Below are positions 12,784 through 25,408 of a stretch of 64,000 nt of DNA, piece by piece. Where the stretch lies: the NCBI GenBank assembly GCA_048013815.1, contig CM106586.1, positions 5,952,001 through 6,016,000 on the forward strand, written 5' to 3'. This DNA is from Setoptus koraiensis. Lineage: Eukaryota; Animalia; Arthropoda. The first letter of the stretch is position 1, and each line of letters starts with the position of its first letter. The notes under the pieces are model-generated. The model had not been told where the DNA came from. It did no database searches and saw nothing but the letters and a program-made list of their open reading frames with translations. A program made the position numbers and the translations under genes.

Positions 12784-13623
12784 TCAAAACAGGGGCTGAC
12801 TCATGATTCCGAGGAAACCGGATATTGTGCTTATGCCTATTGCAGCGCTTACTATGGACCAGTGATACATGTAATAGGTGATTCCTTTTAAATTGGCTTT
12901 TATCTTCAATCTGGCAGAATAGATTTGTATGTCACGCGCTATTAATTCTACAATGGCACGATCCATTTTGTTGAAATTGTATTTGGCCCCCTCAATGTAA
13001 TCATCTATTAATTGAACGTTTATAGTTTGCATCTCGTTCTTGTAATTGGTAACCAACAATGGCGAATAAAATAGAGCCTTGATAAGGCGAGTCACCAATG
13101 TTCTGTATTGCAATATGGCAGGCCTCGATTCATCGTACAACGTTTTACCTTGAGATTCAATCAGACGCAAACGAATCATAAACATTCCCTGGTTCCAGTT
13201 TATATCCGATTCTGGCAGCTCCAATTCAATGAAGAAACTGTATGATTGACCTCGTGACAAGGGAAATGATAATCTGGTGCGATCATTGAAATTAACCACT
13301 GCATATGGGAAGGAACAATTCTCTTGACAGGACGAGTCAAATTGCAAATACATTGGCTTTGTATGCTGGACGATAGGCACATAAATACTATAAAGTGTTA
13401 TGTAGGTGAATATTGATGTTGATATTACCAATGATGAGTATAATGTGAAGACTGAGGCACTGTTGATACCAGCCTCTAAAAGATCGTAGATTTGTGTTAT
13501 TTTTGACGCCAGCCACGGCTCTTGTAAATCCGATCCTCTGTTTCCTGATGAATCTGGCAATTCCGGAAAACCAGACGAGTCCGAGGACGACTCATGTGCA
13601 GTTGATTTTTCAGTGGGGTCCAT
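12784..13623 (-). CDS. BSCL2: Seipin (ER lipid-droplet assembly protein), single exon, 279 aa
   Basis: TM1, luminal motifs LQFDSSC..CSFPYA, GQSYSFFIELELPES, N..GMFM, IQIYSARL, YYMYHW, then TM2; matches the seipin architecture. Confidence 0.9.
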   Translation of the reverse strand: MDPTEKSTAHESSSDSSGFPELPDSSGNRGSDLQEPWLASKITQIYDLLEAGINSASVFTLYSSLVISTSIFTYITLYSIYVPIVQHTKPMYLQFDSSCQENCSFPYAVVNFNDRTRLSFPLSRGQSYSFFIELELPESDINWNQGMFMIRLRLIESQGKTLYDESRPAILQYRTLVTRLIKALFYSPLLVTNYKNEMQTINVQLIDDYIEGAKYNFNKMDRAIVELIARDIQIYSARLKIKANLKGITYYMYHWSIVSAAIGISTISGFLGIMSQPLF

Positions 13624-13948
13624 TTCAAATAATAATTGAACCTAAAGATCAGATGTAGTTGACCTTGCTTCGGTGATTACAGGTGTCTTTCGTCGCTTCT
13701 TCTCACGAGTTGGATGCTGTTGTTGGTTGTTGTTGTTGTTGTTTTTTTTGCGAAAAATCCATTCGAATTTGGCGCCACAGCGTCGATGATAAATTCGCTG
13801 CAGCGTGGTGGCGTGGACAGACCCGAAACAAAATATAAACACGCCTCAAAACACTTTCGCTAGCAGTGTTGCCGATACAACCATCTCGATGGTTTAGGAA
13901 TTTATCAATTGTTCCTATTGCATATTACACAACAGATCTATCAACAAA

Positions 13949-14731
13949 ATGGACCGAAGAGAATTACCCAAACTGGACCCCCAAGTCGGCCAATTGTACG
14001 TTGGCGTCAGACAGGTCTTGGCAAATTACAAATCCGGCAAGTTGCCCAAGGCGTTCAAGGTGATACCAACATTGACCAACTGGGAACAGATATTGCAAAT
14101 TACAAGCCCGGAAAAATGGACTGCGGCCAGCATGTGTGCCGCCACAAAATTATTTACATCTGCACGGGACGAACAGGCACAGACTTTCTTCAATTTAGTA
14201 CTATTGCCCCGTATAAGAGACGACATACATGAATTCAAGAAACTCAATCCGCACCTTTATCAGGCTCTTCGTTACGCATTGTATAAGCCCGGTGCATTCT
14301 TCAAGGGTATCATTTTGCCTCTTTGCGAGACCCATTCCGAGACTACATTGAGGGAGGCTGTTATTATTAGCTCAATTCTACAGAAAAAAAGTATACCCAT
14401 GCTACATTCGGCTGCGGCCATGCTTAAAATAGCCGAAATGCCATTCTCAGGAACTAATTATACCTTTTTGTTGGCGCTTGTATCAAAGAATTACGCAATG
14501 CCATTCAGAGTGGTCGATGCGATGGTAGCGCATTTTTTGCGCTTTATGCAATACGACGAACTAGAATTACCTGTCATATGGCACCAGACACTATTGAAAT
14601 TTGTCGAATTGTACCATAAAGATATAGCGCCAGACCAGAAGGCAGCCCTGTTAGAATTGTTACGCAAACATCCTCACCATAAAATAAGTCCCTGTACCAG
14701 GGAGTATCTAACTAATAAAGAACAACAATAA
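13949..14731 (+). CDS. BYSL: Bystin/Enp1 (40S biogenesis factor), intronless, 260 aa, apparently N-terminally truncated
   Basis: [86 protein letters not shown] are bystin-domain motifs. Confidence 0.93.
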   Translation: MDRRELPKLDPQVGQLYVGVRQVLANYKSGKLPKAFKVIPTLTNWEQILQITSPEKWTAASMCAATKLFTSARDEQAQTFFNLVLLPRIRDDIHEFKKLNPHLYQALRYALYKPGAFFKGIILPLCETHSETTLREAVIISSILQKKSIPMLHSAAAMLKIAEMPFSGTNYTFLLALVSKNYAMPFRVVDAMVAHFLRFMQYDELELPVIWHQTLLKFVELYHKDIAPDQKAALLELLRKHPHHKISPCTREYLTNKEQQ

Positions 14732-15033
14732 TTAAATAATGGAAATTTCGATGTGCTTTGCTGAGTCGTTGTCATTGTTGTTGTTGTTGTCGTTGAAGTC
14801 GGGGAAACATCCAAAGAGATTATATTAATAATAATGTAATTATCATCGTCAGACCAGCGTCTAACAAGTACGCAGATCGAAATGCCGGTTCCCGTGTTAG
14901 AATCATGACAATGAATTACGTAACAATTGAGTACATATGTATGTGATTGAGTGCAGGGTACTTTAGTGTCTGTTAGAGGCCATGCGCGCTTCAGATGTTC
15001 AGGCTATCCGAATGCACACATGTACCAGAGGGA

Positions 15034-15036
<3 letters not shown>

Positions 15037-15076
<40 letters not shown>
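15037..15076. repeat. (AG)20 microsatellite
   Basis: Direct reading. Confidence 0.95.
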
Positions 15077-15080
<4 letters not shown>

Positions 15081-18000
15081 GGAGGGATAGGGAGAGATGG
15101 ACAGGGGACTGGGGGTTGAACATATATACTCACAATGGCAACAAAGGTTGCTTTTTGTTCATGGCGCAAGCTTCGCTCACGGCGGTGCACACAGCAATGG
15201 TGCCGAGCGACTATAGCAGCAGAATGGCAGTGCAGCGGCTTCAAGTTCACTACCAAGGCCAAGCTGTCGCTAGATGTGTTTGTGTGCGTGTGTGTGTGTG
15301 TGTGTGCGGCTGGGGCCATTTAGAGGATAATACCATTGCCAGCGCGATTTATGAGGGTGAGGATAATTTCAAGGTCAGAGGTCTGCGTGCGCTGCACATG
15401 CTTCTAGCGAGTGAGCAAGATTGCTTTTTAGACGTGATACCGACAACTGCTGTGGAGATAGTGCCGCTGCTGCTTGGATCACACCGCTAACTACTTATAC
15501 AAATAACCATGTTTATTATGATGTAATGATGGCGATAATAATATATAAATATACATAATACCTCTGTGCGATTGTGTATACTGTGTGTCGTTATCAATCA
15601 ATTTTAGCGCTACCAGACTTAAGTATTTGATAATACTACTACAACGACAACAGCCACGACATCAACAACAACTAAATATTGTCAACGCACACACACACAC
15701 ACAATTGATTCGCTGCACTACAACAATATTGCATAAATCAACACAGTGCTACTCGTCATCGTTTGAGTCGTCGTCTTTGTGGTCGTCGTCGTCGTCGTTT
15801 GCAACGATGGATATAATATAACAACAGCAACCACAATAAATCATCATCGTCAAGATCGGTATTTGGAGTTTCCCCCAGTTGAGAGTCAGGTGAGCCAGCA
15901 CAAGCCAGTGGCAATTTAAACACACGCACACACACGACCAATGCAGCATACATAATACACGAATAGAATGTTATACAATGTCGGCAACAGAGCGCCATAA
16001 TTCGCCAGTTCGATGCAATTAAGCTGGTCTTGCCGGTCGCGCGCCCTATACTTAGCAGGACTATAGCACTGGTATGCGTGCAGCACATGAGCATTGCCGC
16101 CACCACTGTTGCCGGTGTTGTAAGCGCGTGTAGAATTGTTGCCGACAAGGCGCGCGTTGTTTGCACGTCGTGGTGGCCGTTTCTAAAATCGAATCACAAC
16201 ATCACGGCCATCAAATTCTTCTAATAGGGATCGCAGCATTCGAACATTGTGCCACACACACACGCAGTATTATACTGCCAGTATAGACACTTATTGTACT
16301 ATAGCAACTATATAGTGCAACACAGTGTATGCAAACTATTCTTCTATAGTATAGCCAGAGACGAACAAATATTTTTGTTAAGAGATTTGTGCGTGCGTGT
16401 TCGCTTATACAACAACAAGCAGCCCAAACGAGAGAAGAGCCCGCGCATTTATACGCTTGTTAGATCCATCGACTGTTTGTTCGATCTTGAAAGTGCTCTC
16501 GCTGCTGCCCCCCCATGCCGACCCCACTGAATTGCCCCCGTGTGTGTGTGCAAGAAATCAAATAGTTCCCTAGTTGCCAAGTCGTCGTGCTGCCACTGCT
16601 ACTGCTACTGCTGCTACTGCCAGTGCTAGTGCATACTGAACCAGCGAGGCTAGTGGAACAAAATGCAGCAGTACCAGTGCAGCGTGATTATGATCACATT
16701 ATTATTATTCTGATGTATTATCACTGCTAATCCAACGTTATCAATAATACACGGCTCATCATTTCGACATATTACACAGCTCGTCATATTTCATTAGGTG
16801 ATTATAATTAGTGTCGCATTATCATCATCATCTACAGAGTAGTAATAACAAAACAGCTATCTTTATCAATTAAAAAATTGAGTGTGTGTGTGTGTGTGTG
16901 TGTGACGACAATGAGACGGGCCGTCGTAGACATTGTTGCGTAAATGCATGATCGCTGACAATGATCGCTAAATCATTCACTGGAGGCACACAAAGAACAC
17001 ACAGAGAGAACCAATCTCCGTGGTGGAGACAGGACACAGCGACAAGCTTGAGACAAGTTTCCATGTTTATTATCATTTATCATTTGCAACTAGAGACTCT
17101 CTCGCTTGCCGCTGTCGCTACCCTTGAACAAGATCCAAATAGTTGCAGCTTGCGAGCAGCATAAGTCACACGCACACGCTTGCAGCAAGCGCAAAAATAA
17201 AATCAAGTCAACAACAAAACATCCCTGTGTGTAATCGACTTACACATATAATTGGCCCAACACAAGACGACTATCGCCAGTTCCGTCACAAAGTGATACA
17301 GTGACCATCGAATTAATCGAATTATTACAGGATCGAACAGGATAGGGTCGGACAGTCTTGTAGGAAAAACACTTATTATACACTGACAATAGAGAGAAAC
17401 ACAAAATATTGCACAACACACAACAAGCGACAGACCGTCACCGTCAACGGCTCATCGTTTATCGCTCATTTCATATCCGTTGATAATTTCATCATCACAA
17501 CAAAACAACATTCTTGTCATACAAATAATTCTTATTCGCTTACCATATTGACGCTACCATCGGATATTCACGCATTATATCAACAAGTATCATACAACGC
17601 ACTATCGGCAACATTACAACTTTCAAGAGTATAGCACATATTACAACAGCATATAGCACACACGCACAACACCATGTCACTACATTGAGGGAATGATGCA
17701 ACTACACTATTCTCGACTGGCTAATTATTATGTAATAGTTCAGCTAGTCAAGAGCAAGTTCAAGTGTAAAACTCTCTCTCTCTCTCTCTCTCTTATCATA
17801 GTGCGCTTATTGAAATCTAGCTATTGAACAACAACAAAAACTGCTTCTTCTGTCACACACTATACAAATAGTCGCAATAGTAACGCCGTCGCCGCATGGT
17901 TATCCTAGAAGCACAAGCCTGTTTCCTCTAACCAGGCATCATATAGTTGATTTTATGTCACTGCAAGCTCTTATTCAACAAATAACAGCCATTATGGTAA

Positions 18001-20671
18001 TGGATAATAATATCCAATTCATCTTGATGCACAAAGGTGAAAGCTACTAGTCGTCACCTCTCACTACTATTACAAACAACCACTACAACACAGTTTGAAG
18101 AAAAGACAGCTAGCACCAATCATTATGTCTGCTTTAGCTAGGGAATATATCCAGGTAGCAGTCAACAGTAATCATTATTATGACAGGTATCAATTAGTTG
18201 GAAGGTAAGCGCTGATTTGCACAAACCGTTTTGATCGAGACCCCAGATCATTAGTCAATCGGTTGTCGTGTAGTTAAGCTAAATCCCCGCTTATAATTTA
18301 TGCAACTAGAATAATAATTATTAGTGTCACAATTGACACATTTAATTCCCTTCAGTCAGCTCTGTTCCGATTGATCCATTAAGTCTAATCGAGACATTTG
18401 ACAATTTATTTGAAATTAAATCAGTATAACGATAAGTCCCCTCATAACAAACGCAAACAAACACAGCCTGAATGATTTGTAGCAGCAGATTAGCTTTATT
18501 GATAAATAATACAAACTAATATATATTATAGCGTTTGATTAATAGTATTGTGAACATGAGCACATGTTACGGAGAGACACAGATAATCTGAAATCAAACA
18601 AATTCGCAAACTAGATCACATTGTTCAAAGTGGACCCACGAGACAGCTTTGAAGCGTAAGGACAACTATATAATCAATTATTTAAAAGTCATTTATTTAG
18701 CTACAAACAGTTGAATGTGCCAGAGCAATGCCTTAATCATCATCATGTACATAACTCCTGGTCGTGAAAGCTAACGCACTACCTATTATTATTAGAATTA
18801 AGATATAGATGAGCATCGACGACAAAATTAAATAGAGTGAATCGAAAATAGAAAGGTATTGAATCATGCAATTAACACTCAAAGTGTATAATCGTGATAA
18901 TAGATGAGAAAACAGGCGCTTCATTCAGTCTATAGCGCTTGTCATATCTCTGAAGACTTGACTCTCAATATTCTAGAACAAAATATCACAAGCAATAGTA
19001 CATATGATTGAGACAACAATTGTCCAAGAGAGAGAGAGAGAGTCAACTATTGTTATAAACACAAAAACACTTGTTGCCCACTTACTTATTTATCACTGTA
19101 AGATCAACCTATGATTGTCTTGGCTAATATCAATAAGGTAAGCTCTACTTACAGATTCAGTAGCACTACTTTTAATCATCAAGACATATAAAGTTTATAT
19201 ATAAAGTATCAGTTTTGATACTATCAACAGTATCACATTGGTCTAGTTCTAAGCAATTGTGTGAGATTCGTTATATAAAGTACCAGGAAATGATATTCAT
19301 GGCATCTTGATATTCTTTATATCGATGTATGACAGAATACCAGCAATTCTAATCAGGCATCGCCCTTATTTCCATGCTCAAAACAAAGTGATGAATTACA
19401 TACATGTAGTAGCTTTGTCATCACGCTGATTGTGTAAGTTTGTTTGAATTGTTTGAATGTAGCCATAAGTTCATTGAACACATACAAAAAACTCATGATC
19501 TTCCAAAACTGATATAAGACATATGTGGGAAAGATGAATGTATTGTGATAAAATGAATCTATTATGATGAATGCAGTGCAAACGTTCATAAGTTAAACAA
19601 CAGTAACTGAATGTATGATTAAGCTCTAGCTACATGAACAATGTATTTGTAAAGGCGCCCAGGATAGAGATAAGCATGAAGAGTATTGAAAGGACGCCTG
19701 TTGTTGCCTCTATTTAGAAACAGTAGTCACCACTTCTAGTCTTTGATTAGCAAAAGAATATACTGGGCTCCCACTTGTAAGTAGCCATTAACAGTTAGTC
19801 ATACATTAGTATGATACTCTTTTGGGGGGCAGCTGTCCTATTTGAGGGATCATGCTAAGATAAGTAAGTCGGTTAGTCGACACACAATTCAATTATCGAT
19901 TGAGATAAGAATGTTGAAGTTGAATCGTCAGACTAACCATTGACGCATTTAGTGGTCGCATACTCATCGTACACAGCCAAAAAACCAATCAATCATACAG
20001 GCATCAGTATCGATTTAGGAGTTTCAATATCGAAATCTCCATCATTTGTTTGTAGATAAGCTTTCAGGGTTCTAACGCATCTCCATGACTAACTGATATT
20101 GCATGCACTGAAAGAAAAACAGTAAAATTATTTATAGACTTGCAGGGATTAGAATAATTTATTAATTCTGGCTCTCTTGGTGGACTTCTTTTCTCTTCTC
20201 ACCAAAAAACTAAATTAAACAACATCAAGACAATCAACGGATTGGATAATTATCTATTATCACTGACTATCATTACCAAACATATTCATATATATTTTTT
20301 CTATCTTAAGAAATTTTCAGCCTTATTTTTTAAATTCACAATATTCAACTCCATCGAACAAACCCATATGGTTACTCCCGCAAGCCACCTCAAATTGAAA
20401 AAACTGACCCAATTCAAAGAAGAACCATCATATAATTCATATTGCACTTAGTCAATACCACCATATATTTTGTGTGCACTCGCCTAACCAAAAAAACAAA
20501 CGAAGGATCTTATAAAGTTATATGAATTTTGTTTTCCTAAAAAACGTCGACATATGTCATTCTGCACCGAAGATATCTATCCAAGATTACCTGATTGTTG
20601 ACATGAATGAATTATTGACGATTCAAAAGATTCATTAATATTCTCTGGACAAAAAATAATCTTAATTTAAC

Positions 20672-23600
20672 ATGACTAGATCAAAAAGTTTCACTTTAAT
20701 GCACCATCAGAACATTGAACCTTCAATGAATGAACACGGCGCAAATATGGATATAAATATGAACGACACACAAGAAACTGATAGCAAGCAAGGTATAAAG
20801 AAAGAAAAATACGGTACCTTGGAGAGCGAGTACAATGTCGATAACGGGGAGAGAGATGTCAATGGCAACTATCTACCATTAGACATGATTCATAAGCAAG
20901 ATATCGCTAATGGGTACAAGAATTCGAAAGCTAAGTCATTGTCGGACAGTATCGAATATCATGGTTCTTTTAACAAACATCTCCCCGATTCCAAACCGAA
21001 GCAGAAGAGAAAGGATAAACCATCTAATAATGAGACTAACATTAAAATATCTGACATCATAGGTAGGCACACGCACCAAATTCAGGTATATGATCGATTT
21101 ATTCATATCACAATTGGTAAAAATTTATTATCTTAATTTTCTGTGAACAGGTGACTTTGGAAAATACCAAATAACCGTGGTGATATTTGCAGCCCTCCGT
21201 GCGATGTCTTGCGCCATGGACGGGCTATCTGGACCATTCCTAGCGCCAACGGTGAAAAACTTTGAGTGTGATATGTAAGCAATTGTAACTCAATCAACTT
21301 GGATTTTTTCATCGGCATTCAACTACTCGCACAGATCTAACCCTGTCTTTCTCATTCCATGTAATCACTTCAATAGTTGCTCGGACCGAATCTCACAAAG
21401 GTTTCCTAATTTTGTGAATAAATCCGATTGTAAGTTCTCATTGGCTTCTGGTGATGGCCAGACGGCCAACTATATAGTGGATAATAGTCAGTGTTTCTTC
21501 AGAGAAGCAGATGGAGGGCATGATCGAATATCTTGTACCAAGTGGTCATTTGAAAATCCCGAAAATCAAGACTACATGGAGTCCCTGACAGTTGAGGTAT
21601 GTAGTCTTTTTGGCCTCCACTTTTTCATCTTATGACCGAGCACGATGATACAAGCTCAAGCTTCTTTCTAATTCGTATTTAACAGCAAAGTTTGGTCTGC
21701 GACAGGGAATGGCTTAAATCTTTGAGTAATAGCATGTACTTTGTTGGTGAGTAACTAACAGATTTTATTCTTTGTCAACACCTTTGCAAATCTTTTATAC
21801 CTAGATCTAGAGCTCATCAACGGTATATTTATACGCGGTATAATTATATCGCGGCAATCCTAATCACACCTTCAGGTACAACTCTAGGACTTATTTTCTG
21901 GGGAATCATTTCCGATAGAGTAAGTTGGATACATTAAATTCTAAGTTGATTCATAGGCTTGTCAAATAATGCTAACATTTCCATCTCATCTTGCTATTTT
22001 TTAGTACGGGAGAAAGACAGCTTATGTGTGTTCTCATTTTGTGACGCTGATATTTGGATTTACTGCTTTGTTTGCCAATAGTATGTGTTCATTTATTGTA
22101 TTGAGATCAATCAATGCATTTGGAATGATTGGCGAATTAATACCTCGTAGCATCCGTGAGTACATTATAAATATTATTATTGACGAATCCATTTTGTACT
22201 TTGCATTCTGTATTCATAACTTTTTTCTATTTCTTATAAAAACTCTCAGAGGTTGAAATTGTCGAAGCAAGATACAGGTCCGTCACGTCAGTGGCTTGCC
22301 AAGTAGGCTGGGTATGTCTAAATGTTGAAGTTGTGATCAACTATCTGTGATCGCGATCACCAAGACCTAATCAAATTGTTCTAAAATTTCTCTTTTGATG
22401 CTTCGTTCGCACGACAGGCAACCGGTATCATACTGGTTCCTAACCTATGGTCAGTCAATAACAACTACAAATTCATATTAGCCTTTCCAGTGGCGGTGTC
22501 ATTCCTCATGTATGTCCATCAATACCTGATCTATTATACTTTTTGTGCCCTTATTGTTGATTTGAATGAGTTCTAAATAACCTGTTCGCCATTCCGTATA
22601 TTTTTCTCTCCATTTTTAGGCTACCATGGCTGTATTGGCTACCGGAGAGTGCAAGATGGTTGATGGCTAACGGAAAATATACTAGAGCAAGAAACGAGAT
22701 AGTGAGAGCAGCAATAATAAATGGAAAATCTATCGATGGTATTGATGGAAAAATACAACGACTGCACAACCAAGTTATTCAAGAGGAGTTCGGCGATGGT
22801 AAAAGTACCCAACGCATCGGAATTTGGAAATCGATGGTGGCCATCTTCTCTAATAGTCGCCTATGCAAAGATATGTTTGCCGTATTTACACTCTTATTCA
22901 TGGCAGAAGTGATTTATTTCTCTTTGACGCTCAATGTAGCCGACTTAGGAGGCTCGCTATACTTGAATTATTTAATTAGTGGCTTCACAGAGTTGCTAAG
23001 TATATTTTTCTGCTTCATCATATTGTCGTATCTTCCAAGAAGATTCTGTTTGTCTCTATTATTGATATTATCCACAATTTCATACTTATTAATGGCTGTC
23101 GTTAACTTATACGAAGAGGCGCTACCCTCAGTAATAATGTTGTCCGTGAACGCTTTCGCCAAATTGACCGCGATAGGAAATCTAATGGTAATAATATTAG
23201 TAAGCCAAGAAGTGTTCCCCACAGTAATTCGTCAATTTGGTACCTCTTTGTGTGTGACAGTGGGAAAGATGGGATCCGCGGTCGCCCCATTTACCCATGA
23301 GCTAGGTCAAGTCATCGGACAGTTTTATTGTTTTGCCATGTTCTCTGTACTGTGCCTATTATGTGCTATTATACCTTGTGTTTTATTATCTGAAACTGGC
23401 AAGCGAGAACTACCTGACACAGTTGTCGATGTTGAAAGAAGTGAGCAGGCTAGAAAGAAGCGCAAACAAAACTTACAAAGTGAACATCGAAATGCCAATA
23501 AGTCAATCGATGGAACAGTAAATTCATCATCAACTAGGAGATCGGTGGCCGATAATATAAGATCATCATTTTCGTCACTAAGCACCAACAAGCATCATAG

Positions 23601-23829
23601 ATTGGAGAATGATTCGACACAAGTATCAAAACCAAGCGCACTCCATGATGGATTTCCAGGTCCGACTGCATGTTGTACATCCAGGACAGACTTATACAAT
23701 AATATTGATAATAACAGCACAGGTGATGATAGTTGTAGTGGTAGTAGTGGATGCCGACAGTATGACAGCCAGCTACAATTGACAGCACCCTCGGACGACA
23801 AAATACCGCGATCCAATGAGAATAAATAG
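20672..23829 (+). CDS. SLC22-family organic cation/anion transporter (MFS), 9 exons, ~784 aa
   Basis: Exons 20672-21062, 21151-21274, 21377-21596, 21686-21746, 21876-21919, 22005-22155, 22250-22311, 22418-22509, 22620-23829; all GT-AG and phase-consistent. Motifs IIGDFGKYQ, LVCDREWL, ISDRYGRK, LPESARWL, SQEVFPTVIRQFG, LSETGKRELPDT. Confidence 0.9.
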
Positions 23830-25408
23830 GCCTGCTAGGGGTACCGCTTACTTATATGGTGCTACCAAGAATTTATACAACATAAAATGGACAATTCAAA
23901 AGCGAAAACACACATACATAGTTACGAATTGTTGACTGGCAGTTATTAACAGATGTAAAAGCTGCTGAAAGTTGATAACGATTATTGTGAATAAAGCGCA
24001 TTCTAATGATTTAGCTATTTTTAAAATCTAGTTACTCTCAAACATGATTGCTTTGAACAAGACTGTGTATATGTTTGTGCTCATGCTGACTAATGATAGA
24101 GATTAATTGAATGTCTTTATTAGCCGGCAAGCATGTGTAAGTTTATCACAATAGATAGGGTGGAATCTCGGAGTAATAGTGTATCAAAACTAGTTATGTT
24201 GCGCGCACTTGTTGCTTCTTAGACAAGGTGTTGATAAACAATCTCAATTGCGTGCCTATAGTCTACGTGGTTATATCATTGAAATTGATCAGACAGGCGG
24301 CGTCTGACTGTCTGATGTTTCAGTCGATTAGTAGTTAGTGATTGACACATTCATTGCTAAGTATAACCACCAACTAGCAGCAAATGATGATCGTTGGCTC
24401 AATCGTGACCATGGCCTCCCGAACGCGATCAGTTGATGTGCAAAACTGTTGTAAGTGGTATGGCAATAGATGACCTGATCTTACGTAATATGAAGTATTA
24501 TAATAGTAATGTTGTGGTTGTCTAGTTTGGGTTTCGCATTCACACAACGGCAACAACAACGGCAACAACAACTGCATGGAACGATGGAAATGATAGAATA
24601 GCGTGTTATACTTTGGGTGTTATACTGTTATGTGATTGTTTCTCTCACCTGATTGAACAACGACTCTGACAGAGGAGCTCTAAAGCGAAATAACTTCTTC
24701 TTGGTCAAGCTGTATTGATATATATATTTAAACGAACGAGAAAGAGTCAGCGAGAGTGAATTTTCGTGAGGAAATAGTATAGTGATAATATGAATGTTGG
24801 AAAGACGTTCGCAAACGAGAAAACATTAACAGCATACAAGCATAAACGTGAAAAGTTTGTTGGAACGTGGTGGGTAGAGTCTTGGAGTTTATTAGTTAGA
24901 TAAAATGGAGAGAACCGATGATGACCTCCAATCTGGTGTCTATTGTGCCAAACTGAACTGACTTGAGAGGAGTGACACTGAAGAGCCTTAGCCTTGCTCT
25001 TTGTAGTCATATAACAACGTCGACGATTGTTTTGTGTCTCTCCACGCCTTATCTTATGGTATTTATAAAAAAGTATTACTTAAACTCACATTACGAGTTT
25101 GGGCTCGTTCGAATTGGTCAAGTGTCATACTTTAGTTGTTATTCTTCTTCATTCGTCGCAAGGATTTCAAAGAATTAAATCTCACTCAAGTTTTCAGAAA
25201 TCAAGTTACATGATATTCACCTAGGTGCCTGTCACTATTAGGTATGGATGTAGATAGTGCCCGATAAAAGCGAAGAAAGTTTAATATCAGCAGCATTTTA
25301 AAGAAAATAAAAAGTTCATCCATGTTCATCTAAGGAGAGCCAACAATCAATAATAATCATATTAATATAAATCAATCTATAATCCGCGGAACACCACTAG
25401 AAACTGAA

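Noticed and set aside
24374-25178. Short ORFs and splice-like signals between SLC22 and the mucin gene
   Set aside because: No coherent reading frame or homology; probably UTR or promoter DNA.
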